Positions 9,635 through 17,657 of a stretch of 64,000 nucleotides of DNA are shown in pieces. Source of the stretch: a candidate division Kazan bacterium GW2011_GWA1_50_15 (GTDB taxonomy: Bacteria; Patescibacteriota; Kazan-3B-28). Location of the stretch: contig CP011216.1 in NCBI GenBank assembly GCA_001029795.1, forward strand, positions 499,580 to 563,579, in the 5' to 3' direction. Both the position numbers and the translations under genes were made by a program. The first letter of the stretch is position 1, and the number at the start of each line of letters is the position of its first letter. The notes beneath the pieces are model-generated. The model was given only the letters and a program-made list of their open reading frames with translations, was not told the DNA's origin and searched no databases.

Positions 9635-10639
9635 TCACACGGGCCCGTGGGCCTTGCGGATAGCACGTTCCAGCTCGGCGGCCGTTTTGGGGTTATCCTT
9701 CAGATACTGCTTGGCCGCATCCCGGCCCTGGGCGATCTTCCCGCCGCCGTATTCGTACCAAGCACCTGATTTGCTTATCAGACCAGCTTGAACCGCTAAA
9801 TCAATAATTTCGCCAGTATGAGCGATGCCTTGGTTGAACATAATATCGAACTCGGCTTGGCGGAACGGGGGAGCGACTTTGTTCTTGACCACCTTAACCC
9901 GCACCCGATTGCCGATGGAGTTGTCGCCCTCCTTCAGGGTCTCGATCCGGCGGATGTCTAAGCGGACTGACGAATAAAACTTTAAGGCGTTGCCGCCGGT
10001 GGTGGTTTCGGGGTTGCCGAACATTACCCCGATCTTCATCCGGATCTGATTAATAAAGATGACTGTGGTCTTGGAGCGCGACACCGCCGCGGTGATCTTG
10101 CGTAGGGCTTGGCTCATCAGCCGCGCCTGCAGACCCATATGCGAATCACCCATATCGCCTTCGATCTCGGCTTTGGGGGTTAAGGCCGCTACCGAGTCGA
10201 TGACAATAATGCCCACCGCGTTCGAACGAATGAGTGCCTCGACGATATCTAACGCTTGTTCGCCAGTGTCGGGTTGGGATATTAGTAGATCCTTAGTGTT
10301 TACCCCGATACGCTTGGCATATTCCGGATCGAGCGCGTGCTCAGCATCCACAAATGCAGCTGTTTCACCTTTTTTCTGAGCCTGCGCTACCATGTGTAGA
10401 GCTAGAGTGGTTTTGCCCGATGATTCCGGACCAAAGATCTCAATGACCCGGCCTTTTGGCACCCCACCCACACCTAGCGCGATATCCAAAGTCAGCGAGC
10501 CGGTCGGGACGACCTCGACATCCAGCTGCTTGGTATCACCTAGCCGCATAATCGCCCCCTCGCCATAGTCCTTTTGGATGGCAGAGAGCGTAGCGGCTAA
10601 CGAGTCGATCGGGATCTCAGTTTTTGGCATAACATTCAT
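9635..10639 (-). CDS. recA: Recombinase RecA
   Basis: [55 protein letters not shown]. Confidence 0.99.
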   Translation of the reverse strand: MNVMPKTEIPIDSLAATLSAIQKDYGEGAIMRLGDTKQLDVEVVPTGSLTLDIALGVGGVPKGRVIEIFGPESSGKTTLALHMVAQAQKKGETAAFVDAEHALDPEYAKRIGVNTKDLLISQPDTGEQALDIVEALIRSNAVGIIVIDSVAALTPKAEIEGDMGDSHMGLQARLMSQALRKITAAVSRSKTTVIFINQIRMKIGVMFGNPETTTGGNALKFYSSVRLDIRRIETLKEGDNSIGNRVRVKVVKNKVAPPFRQAEFDIMFNQGIAHTGEIIDLAVQAGLISKSGAWYEYGGGKIAQGRDAAKQYLKDNPKTAAELERAIRKAHGPV

Positions 10640-10677
10640 AATTTAACAGGTATCGCTAGTTCTGTCTTGCATCGCCT

Positions 10678-10926
10678 GAGGTGGAGTGGAGAGTAGGTGG
10701 CCGCGAATCTTCATAGGGAGGGAGAGCAACGAACCTGGCCTGCTCTGTTCTTATGGTGGAGAGAGGAGCAGGGCCACTAGCCCTTCCTGTCTTTCAGGGG
10801 TGGAGGTGGGAGTAGGGCAGGTTGGCTGAACGCAGTGAAGCTTGGGTTCCCCCAACTGTCCGTTGAGGGAGGAACACACCCCCATTCCTCACTCAAGATT
10901 CGACACACCTCGTGTTCCCCTCATGG
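10678..10926. repeat. Structured repeat family A, nested/tandem copies
   Basis: 10755-10786 matches 45712-45743 at 30/32 nt; TTGGCTGAAC..AGTGAAGCT shared with ~50258-50278; several GGTGGAG/GGAGAG heads. Confidence 0.75.
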
Positions 10927-10930
10927 TTAG

Positions 10931-11425
10931 TTAGCGGTAGTTCTCGGCCTGGACCGGGAAATCGACTGTCGGGGAGGACTGGACCAACTGCATCACTGCT
11001 TGGAGTTCATCGATGCTCTTACTGACTACTCGTATCGTTTCGCCCTGGATTTGGGTTTTGACTTTAGGGAAGACGTCACGAATAAGTTTATTTACCACCT
11101 TGGCTTTATCGGCCGAGATGCCGGCGATCAGGGGAATGGTAGACCGGATCTGCCCACCGCTAGCCGGCTCATTCTTAGCTTCGCCCAAGATCTTCAGATT
11201 GAGGTTCCGCCGTAAGAGTTTAGTCTCTAAAATATCCCGCACCGCTTTCAGTTTGAATTCGTCAGCAGTAGTAATAACTAGTTGAGTCGGCTCTTGTTTG
11301 ATCTCGGTGGGAACGCCGCGAAAATCATACCGAACCGCCAGTTCTTTGCGAGTTTGGTCGAGCGCGTTAGTAAGCTCCTGCATATCGATCTTGGATACTA
11401 GATCAAAAGAATGCTCGTCTGCCAT
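10931..11425 (-). CDS. yajQ: YajQ family nucleotide (c-di-GMP)-binding protein
   Basis: SFDLVSKIDMQELTNA, RYDFRG, QIQGETIRV, DELQAV, ENYR. Confidence 0.93.
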   Translation of the reverse strand: MADEHSFDLVSKIDMQELTNALDQTRKELAVRYDFRGVPTEIKQEPTQLVITTADEFKLKAVRDILETKLLRRNLNLKILGEAKNEPASGGQIRSTIPLIAGISADKAKVVNKLIRDVFPKVKTQIQGETIRVVSKSIDELQAVMQLVQSSPTVDFPVQAENYR

Positions 11426-11429
11426 TAGA

Positions 11430-11853
11430 CAATATCAAATAAAAAATATAAAATCAGCAAATTATTTGACCGCTTGCCGCTGTGAATTGATTTTAATCTG
11501 TGCCAAAATTCGTGCGATTTCGTCACCCTCGCTCACGATCGCTTGCCACCGATCCAATGCAATATAGTTGGAATCTTTTAAAAGCGTTAGCCAGTAAATT
11601 GTCTCCCGGGCCTCCTTCAGGGAAATTGTAATTTTATTAATAAAATCTTTTCGGCTAATCCCGGCATCCGCTTCCTGTAGGTTAGCAGAGACGGAAGTCC
11701 CTGACCTAATCATTTGAGAAACTAGCGAACGATTTATTGTGTCAACCCGAATTGATTTGGCAAGCTCTACAACCGACAATGTAAATTTGTAGCTCCTCAA
11801 ATGAATTGGATGCCGAGACATTTGCAGATTTTTTATTTGCCTATTTTGCATTG
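11430..11853. repeat. Imperfect 7-nt-periodic inverted repeats (11430-11461 and 11821-11853) framing the four-helix-bundle gene
   Basis: Left arm CAATATCAAATAAAAAATATAAAATCAGCAAA; right arm reverse complement CAATGCAAAATAGGCAAATAAAAAATCTGCAAA. Confidence 0.65.
11462..11851 (-). CDS. Four-helix-bundle protein (TIGR02436 / 23S rRNA IVP-like); start may be 11821
   Basis: QMIRSGTSVSANLQEA, SRKDFINKITISLKEARETIYWL. Confidence 0.9.
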   Translation of the reverse strand: MQNRQIKNLQMSRHPIHLRSYKFTLSVVELAKSIRVDTINRSLVSQMIRSGTSVSANLQEADAGISRKDFINKITISLKEARETIYWLTLLKDSNYIALDRWQAIVSEGDEIARILAQIKINSQRQAVK

Positions 11854-11868
11854 ATTATTGAGCTACGC

Positions 11869-14094
11869 TCAATAATCTTCGCCTTCTTTGAATTCTTCTT
11901 TGGTGCCCTCATCAACATCCACACCGCCGCCGGCGATGGCACCAACTAGATCCTCTTTTTTCATTAACACATCGCGGGGCTTGGCACCTTCACCTGGTCC
12001 GATCACCCCGCGCTCTTCTAAAATATCCAGCAGTCGCGCGGCGCGGGCGTAGCCGATCCGGAATCGCCGTTGTAGGTAAGAGGCTGAAGCCTTGCCGGTT
12101 TTAACCACTAGTTCCATTGCTTCCTCGGCCAGATCATCGTCGCCCCCTTCTTCACCGCCGAACATCCCACCACCCCGCTTGGCATCCTTGATCACTTCTT
12201 CTACATACTGTGGCGCGTCGAGTTCTTTGAGAGCATTGGTAACCGACTTAACTTCCTTGTCGCCCACAAAGGAAGCCTGGATACGTTTGGGTTTGGCGGC
12301 GTCAGATGGCATAAACAACATATCTCCGTTACCAAGCAGTTTATCGGCTCCAACTGTATCTAAAATCGTCCGCGAATCCGTGCCGGAGGTAACGGCAAAC
12401 GCGATTCGGGAGGGGAAGTTAGCTTTGATCAAACCGGTGATAACATCTACGCTCGGCCGTTGGGTGGCCAGCACCAAATGGATACCGACCGCCCGAGACA
12501 TCTGCGCCAAACGGCAGATGTAGGCCTCCACCTCACGGGCCGACACCGCCATCAAGTCGGCCAACTCGTCGATAATCAGCGCGATATAAGGCATCGGGCT
12601 GTCTTTTTCCTGGCGATTGTACTGACTGATCTCGCGCACCTTGGCTTCGGCCATAACTTTGTACCGCCGCTCCATCTCCATCACTAACCACTTTAAGGCG
12701 TTGATGGTTTTATGCGGATCAACGATGACGGGCGAAAGCAAATGGGGGATATCGTTGTAAGCGGTGAACTCGACCCGCTTGGGGTCAACTAGAATGAGAC
12801 GCAGGTCAGCCGGGGAGTTCTGGTATAAAAGGGATACCAAAAGATCGTTTAGAAAAACGCTCTTACCCGCGCCCGTCGCCCCAGCGATTAAGAGGTGCGG
12901 CATCCGAAGTAGGTCGGTCGCTACCGGCACACCAGCTACGTCCCGGCCTAGCGGGATGCGCAGAGGCGATTTAACTACATGGAACTCCTCCGACTCCATC
13001 ACCTCGCGCAAACGAACCAGCGCGGTCTTTTTATTGGGCACCTCGATCCCGACTAGCGACCGGCCGGGGATGGGCGCCTCGATCCGGATGGGATGGGCGG
13101 CTAGAGCTAAGGCCAGGTCATTACTTAAGGCCGAGATGCGTGAAAGCTTTACCCCGGCGGCCGGCTTTAAAGTGTACTGGGTAACGGTCGGACCGACGTT
13201 CACCTCATTCATCTCGACAGCGATACCGAAATCGTCCAACGTCTCCTGGATGATACCCACATTCCCCGAGATGTTCCCGCTATCAACTTTGGTCACCACA
13301 TCACTCAACAGTTCCAGCGAAGGTGGGGTCCAGTCGCCAGTTGGTTTGAACTGCGGAACGAAGTCGGTGTCTTTTTTGACCGGAGCCCGGCGAACCAACG
13401 GACCGCGAGGCTTAGCCCCAGCCTCTTCAGCCTCGTCGCCCTCCTCTTCGCCCGCTTCCTGTCCATTAGCAAAATCGTTGTTGATGCGGATGTCCGGCAG
13501 AGTTGGCAAGGCCGGGAGAGATAGTTTGGTCCGCAAATACAATTCGCGCAGGGGCTGGCCGAAGGCGAACAAGAGCGAGACCGCAAAGGCGACTGAGAGA
13601 ATCAGGAAGGCCGCCCAGAAGTCGACTATATTAATCAGAAATCGGCTGACAAAAAATCCCAGGTATCCGCCGCCGTCGCCCAGCTGAGCCAGTTCCAGAC
13701 TGATATCCGAGCCGGTAAACACATGCATTAATCCGGACAGTGAAACAACAAATAGGGCCAGGCCGATGGCGTTGGCTAATTTAAATTTGTAGCGCACGGG
13801 GAAAAACATCGCCACGCCTGCACCGGCCAAGAGCAGGGGAATAAAGAAACTGACCCAGCCGAAACCCAGCCGCAAGGTGGTATAGAATATGCGGCCCATA
13901 TCTCCAGCCCCACCCAGAATCGCTAGCAGAGTGAACAGCCCGACTCCCACTAGGAGGATGGCGGCCATTTCGCGGACTACGGCCGGATCGAGCTCTAGAT
14001 CAAAATTCAACCCCTCCGCCCATTTGGAGGTCTGGTAAGAGCGGTAGCGATACCGCCGGCCATTGCTAGTTTTCCTTCTTCTGCGCCGTGCCAT
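11869..14094 (-). CDS. ftsK: DNA translocase FtsK/SpoIIIE
   Basis: 4TM N-terminal domain, PHLLIAGATGAGKS, IIDELADLM, ATQRPSVDV, gamma domain LQRRFRIGYARAARL. Confidence 0.97.
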   Translation of the reverse strand: MARRRRRKTSNGRRYRYRSYQTSKWAEGLNFDLELDPAVVREMAAILLVGVGLFTLLAILGGAGDMGRIFYTTLRLGFGWVSFFIPLLLAGAGVAMFFPVRYKFKLANAIGLALFVVSLSGLMHVFTGSDISLELAQLGDGGGYLGFFVSRFLINIVDFWAAFLILSVAFAVSLLFAFGQPLRELYLRTKLSLPALPTLPDIRINNDFANGQEAGEEEGDEAEEAGAKPRGPLVRRAPVKKDTDFVPQFKPTGDWTPPSLELLSDVVTKVDSGNISGNVGIIQETLDDFGIAVEMNEVNVGPTVTQYTLKPAAGVKLSRISALSNDLALALAAHPIRIEAPIPGRSLVGIEVPNKKTALVRLREVMESEEFHVVKSPLRIPLGRDVAGVPVATDLLRMPHLLIAGATGAGKSVFLNDLLVSLLYQNSPADLRLILVDPKRVEFTAYNDIPHLLSPVIVDPHKTINALKWLVMEMERRYKVMAEAKVREISQYNRQEKDSPMPYIALIIDELADLMAVSAREVEAYICRLAQMSRAVGIHLVLATQRPSVDVITGLIKANFPSRIAFAVTSGTDSRTILDTVGADKLLGNGDMLFMPSDAAKPKRIQASFVGDKEVKSVTNALKELDAPQYVEEVIKDAKRGGGMFGGEEGGDDDLAEEAMELVVKTGKASASYLQRRFRIGYARAARLLDILEERGVIGPGEGAKPRDVLMKKEDLVGAIAGGGVDVDEGTKEEFKEGEDY

Positions 14095-14176
14095 AATAGG
14101 TGTACAGAGCAATTATATCATAGGTGATTTATACCTATTGAGGGACGGAAAACATGCTCTGGAAGCCACAAATCCC

Positions 14177-14205
14177 TTGACTTCCTGACCCTGTTGTGCT
14201 AGATT
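14177..14205 (+). promoter_or_regulatory. Sigma70-type promoter for the orphan gene pair
   Basis: TTGACT-N17-TAGATT with TG extension. Confidence 0.55.
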
Positions 14206-14339
14206 GGAGGTGCTTTGGGGGGACCTTGAAATATAGGACTCTCCAAACTTACTGTGGATCTTAACCCAAGCAGTGACGCCGCTTGGGGGATGGTCAGATA
14301 CCGGGGCCCCACAAGGCCCTAGCCAAAGGAGGATTTGCA

Positions 14340-15455
14340 ATGCGTCAAAAAAGTCCGCTATACGGCTGGGGCCTGGCCCTGGTCGCATTTGCTGTATTTG
14401 CGCTGTTCGCTCTGTTCACGGGGGAAGCGTACGGCGCTACTGTCCGCGAGGTTTCGGCCTCGGTATCCACGTCGGGTGTCCAAGCATTATGGACTACCGA
14501 CGAGAACTACGATGCCCCTGAAGGGGCAGTCGTAGTTAAGATTACCGGTTCAGTCGAGCCGCACTCGAGCTGGCCAGAAGGAACTTCTAGTGCCGGCACC
14601 GTTCAAGACGGCGGCGTTGTTTTTCCGGAGTGGAAACTCCAGGGGGCGACAACCATCACTGTCCAAGGAGGTTGGCTCCAACGATTCAAGACATACCGGA
14701 AGAAAGAATTCCAGTGGTATGACTTGAAAGGGGTAATCGCCCTGGTAGATTTCGCTACTGACGGCCTGCCAGGGAGCAAGCACCATACCTCCTCGGAAGA
14801 TAAACAAACTTCCTTGGAGTTAATGGGCCGAGAACGCGGGATTGTTGTCCTCACTCAAGACCATTGGGTACTCCCTTTCAATGTGGATGCCTACGGGCCT
14901 CCACTGCAGGAGGGGACCTTCTACCTAGTGGTCGCGCCGGCTACTCCCGAGGAGCCAACGCCCCCTTTCGAGGGAGATGGCCTTGGTACCCCACCCCTTG
15001 TTGGATGGACACCTCCAGACCCATTCGGGGACGGGCGGCCCGTCGTGGCCGCCTACCTGACCGGGAGAATTCAGGGTGGTAAGTTGTTTAGCGCCGACCA
15101 AGAAGTCTACCTTAAGCCGCTGAGGCAAGAGATAAGTTCGTTCTGGGTCAGCGAGGGGATCTGCAACCGGTCAGTAAATGGTGACTGGGACGTAAACCCC
15201 GCCTCGATGACGACGAATAAGGCACTGCGAATAACTGCTGGACGGTATCAACTCGGGTACCAACCTCTGTCTGGCGAGGAATCTTTGCCGATAGCTATCG
15301 GCATTGGTATCTCAACTCGTCATGCATTAGTTGTGGACCCGGGCGATCAAGCCCCTCTGATTTATTTGAATCAGGAGGCCGACGATGCAGACATAACTGA
15401 GTGGTTCGTCGTCACTTGGCGCAACGGTCACTGGACATGGCGGGAGGTGCGATGA
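14340..15455 (+). CDS. Orphan exported/membrane-anchored protein, two beta-rich regions separated by a Pro-rich linker
   Basis: ATG 14340 after AAAGGAGG; signal-like N-terminus; PATPEEPTPP linker. Confidence 0.65.
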   Translation: MRQKSPLYGWGLALVAFAVFALFALFTGEAYGATVREVSASVSTSGVQALWTTDENYDAPEGAVVVKITGSVEPHSSWPEGTSSAGTVQDGGVVFPEWKLQGATTITVQGGWLQRFKTYRKKEFQWYDLKGVIALVDFATDGLPGSKHHTSSEDKQTSLELMGRERGIVVLTQDHWVLPFNVDAYGPPLQEGTFYLVVAPATPEEPTPPFEGDGLGTPPLVGWTPPDPFGDGRPVVAAYLTGRIQGGKLFSADQEVYLKPLRQEISSFWVSEGICNRSVNGDWDVNPASMTTNKALRITAGRYQLGYQPLSGEESLPIAIGIGISTRHALVVDPGDQAPLIYLNQEADDADITEWFVVTWRNGHWTWREVR

Positions 15456-16270
15456 TGGCCGATGTTGACAACACAACACCAGCAGGATTAACACCGGCCA
15501 CCGACATGCCAGCGGCGGAAGAGGCTCGCACCACAGTGCCTGAGCTAGCAACCGATGTCGATAACGAACAGCGCCCGGCGGGCGATGAAATCGTCAGGAG
15601 ACTGCAACTGCATCTGCGACGGCGCGGTCCACGGGTACTGATGTTCATCGGATCGGTTCTATTCTGGCTCGTCGTGACTAGCGCACTACCCCTTTGGGGA
15701 TGGATTCCCGTCTGGTTGTGGTGCATAGCTTCTGCTGCCATAATGAGCATCGGATTTTTCGCTCTGGTCTATGACTACCCGCGTGTCTCTTGGATTATTG
15801 TCAGCCGTATCACTTTGGGGATACTGGCACTCGGTTTGATCAATCTTGCGATCGGACAGATACACACCCGAGAGGTCACCGCCAGCGGTGTATATGTAGC
15901 CCAAGACGGTCGGCTCCAGGTAGTCGTGCCCTCTGGGCAGGTGGTCACGGTACCGCTTTCGCGCGTTTACGCGAGAGCGGATGCCCAGCCACTGGGCTAC
16001 CCGCTCGAACAGAATCCAGCGGAAATCAGAACCCGCTGGGACGGTATCCAAAGGAAAGTGGCTGTGGTGATCTTTTACCACGCTACCGAAGAAAAGGCAG
16101 ACGTCCGGGCCCAGTGGGCCCGGCCGTGGGTCAGAGAGAAACCCATCTCCGATCTGTTCCATGACGACTTGGAGCAAATCGTCGCGAGCTACCGCGACGA
16201 TGCCGACGCCTTCGTGGTCCGAGTTAAAGAGGAGTTGGGAGTAACGGTTCACCCCCCAGCCGACAAGTAA
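15452..16270 (+). CDS. 3-TM membrane protein with possible degenerate SPFH/band-7 domain
   Basis: Start overlaps upstream stop, SD GGGAGGT; pattern GVYV..DG...PSG...VP, IRTRWDG..KVAVVIFY, ELGVTV. Confidence 0.5.
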   Translation: MMADVDNTTPAGLTPATDMPAAEEARTTVPELATDVDNEQRPAGDEIVRRLQLHLRRRGPRVLMFIGSVLFWLVVTSALPLWGWIPVWLWCIASAAIMSIGFFALVYDYPRVSWIIVSRITLGILALGLINLAIGQIHTREVTASGVYVAQDGRLQVVVPSGQVVTVPLSRVYARADAQPLGYPLEQNPAEIRTRWDGIQRKVAVVIFYHATEEKADVRAQWARPWVREKPISDLFHDDLEQIVASYRDDADAFVVRVKEELGVTVHPPADK

Positions 16271-16295
16271 AGCACTTGCACCTTGTAGTAGTCTC

Positions 16296-16335
16296 AACCG
16301 GCCTTGTGGTCCTATCCCACAAGCGCCGGTTTTTT
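16296..16335 (+). terminator. Intrinsic terminator
   Basis: AACCGGC-CTTGTGG-loop-CCACAAG-C-GCCGGTT followed by a T run. Confidence 0.8.
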
Positions 16336-16368
16336 ATTACTCCTAAAATTGAGAAGTTGGCTCTGATA

Positions 16369-16397
16369 TTGACTAATTTATCTATTTGTGGTATAAT
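16369..16397 (+). promoter_or_regulatory. Consensus promoter 6 nt before ATG (leaderless layout)
   Basis: TTGACT-N17-TATAAT, ATG at 16404. Confidence 0.75.
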
Positions 16398-16403
16398 AAA
16401 CTG

Positions 16404-17657
16404 ATGCGTAATTCGTTTGAAAGACCACCAGGAGAGCAGCCAAATGACCCCTCGGGCAAGGAGGGCGAGTCTTCACCTCGTCTGAACTGGGGCAGTAATA
16501 GCGAAGATACCGCCAAGCATCTGGCTAAAAGCGTGGCTGGGTGGGCCCAACGTCAATTAGAAAATCTTCGGGCTGAGGAGCAGCGCCACGAGCAGGAACA
16601 CCAAAATCGATCTGAAGTTAAGAAGCAGGTTCGCGAGACCGAACAAGCCGGACAAGAGAGGCAGTCCAAGATCCGAACAGCCAAGCAGGAGTACCAGAAA
16701 CGGCTCAAAGAGGAGTCGGCCAAATTCCATGAGACCCCCCAGGAGTACCGGGCACAAGAACAAGAGATCAAGGGCATGTCTCAAGCAGAGCTTGATGCCC
16801 ACACTGAAAAATACAATCGGAATCGGGAGGCCTTAAATGACATCTATGACCAATACTACCGCCCCAAAGAGGTTAAGAATGCCGATAAATCAAAACAGCT
16901 GGTAACTGACATCATCCCTAAATACCAGCGGATCCTTGACAAGGCTTTTGCGGGGGACTTCCATCGGGTGATGAACGATGAAAACTATGCCAAAGAGCTC
17001 GCCCAACGCTTGCAGGTGCGGGAGTTTCTATATGCCGAGCAGGTGGGGAAGGTCCGTGAAGCGGAGTTGGGCAAGTCCCAGGTGAAAGTAGTCATTCAAG
17101 AAGGAGAGAAGCCCGACTGGAAGCTCGAGACCGAGGAGGCTAAGATCAAACATTTCCAAAAGCGCCGCGAGGAGACGATTAAGGCTTTAGCCAGTGCTCC
17201 AAAAGGAGAGTTCGCCAACCGGCTCAACGAGACTATGGCCGACTTGAACCGATTATTCGATGACAAAGGAGAACCAAAGGTGATCGACAGCCCAGATAAG
17301 CTGCAAGACCTGGCCCGTAAAGTCAACGAATTGATTGGGATTAACAATCTACTGGAGGAGCATCTGAATGCATCTCTAGAGCAAACCATAGGGGCTATTC
17401 AGAAAATAGGCGGCGAGTGGGCCGGGCCAGAAAACAGAGGGGTATTACGAGATCTGCTGACTGAATTTGTTGAAGACAAGACATCAGCCGAGCGTCTGAT
17501 CGGGACAATTGCCACTTTGGGCGGATTAACAGACGAAGTGTCACAGAATCGCCTAAAAAGTGTTTTATCGGCACACCTAATGACAGTCGCCGATCTGACG
17601 AATGAACTAAGAAAACGACCAGGGACCGGGCCGGCGGCCAATCAGGCAGCGGCTTAA
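16404..17657 (+). CDS. Orphan charged alpha-helical/coiled-coil protein
   Basis: Long E/K/Q-rich ORF with its own promoter; no recognised motif. Confidence 0.75.
   Translation: MRNSFERPPGEQPNDPSGKEGESSPRLNWGSNSEDTAKHLAKSVAGWAQRQLENLRAEEQRHEQEHQNRSEVKKQVRETEQAGQERQSKIRTAKQEYQKRLKEESAKFHETPQEYRAQEQEIKGMSQAELDAHTEKYNRNREALNDIYDQYYRPKEVKNADKSKQLVTDIIPKYQRILDKAFAGDFHRVMNDENYAKELAQRLQVREFLYAEQVGKVREAELGKSQVKVVIQEGEKPDWKLETEEAKIKHFQKRREETIKALASAPKGEFANRLNETMADLNRLFDDKGEPKVIDSPDKLQDLARKVNELIGINNLLEEHLNASLEQTIGAIQKIGGEWAGPENRGVLRDLLTEFVEDKTSAERLIGTIATLGGLTDEVSQNRLKSVLSAHLMTVADLTNELRKRPGTGPAANQAAA

Noticed and set aside
10678-10926. Possible CRISPR array, tRNA or known ncRNA in the recA-yajQ spacer
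   Set aside because: No identical regularly spaced repeats, no cas genes, no cloverleaf or T-loop, and no recognised RNase P, SRP or tmRNA motifs.
11462-11851. Diversity-generating retroelement (the protein is Avd-like)
   Set aside because: No reverse transcriptase and no TR/VR pair differing at adenines was seen in the window.
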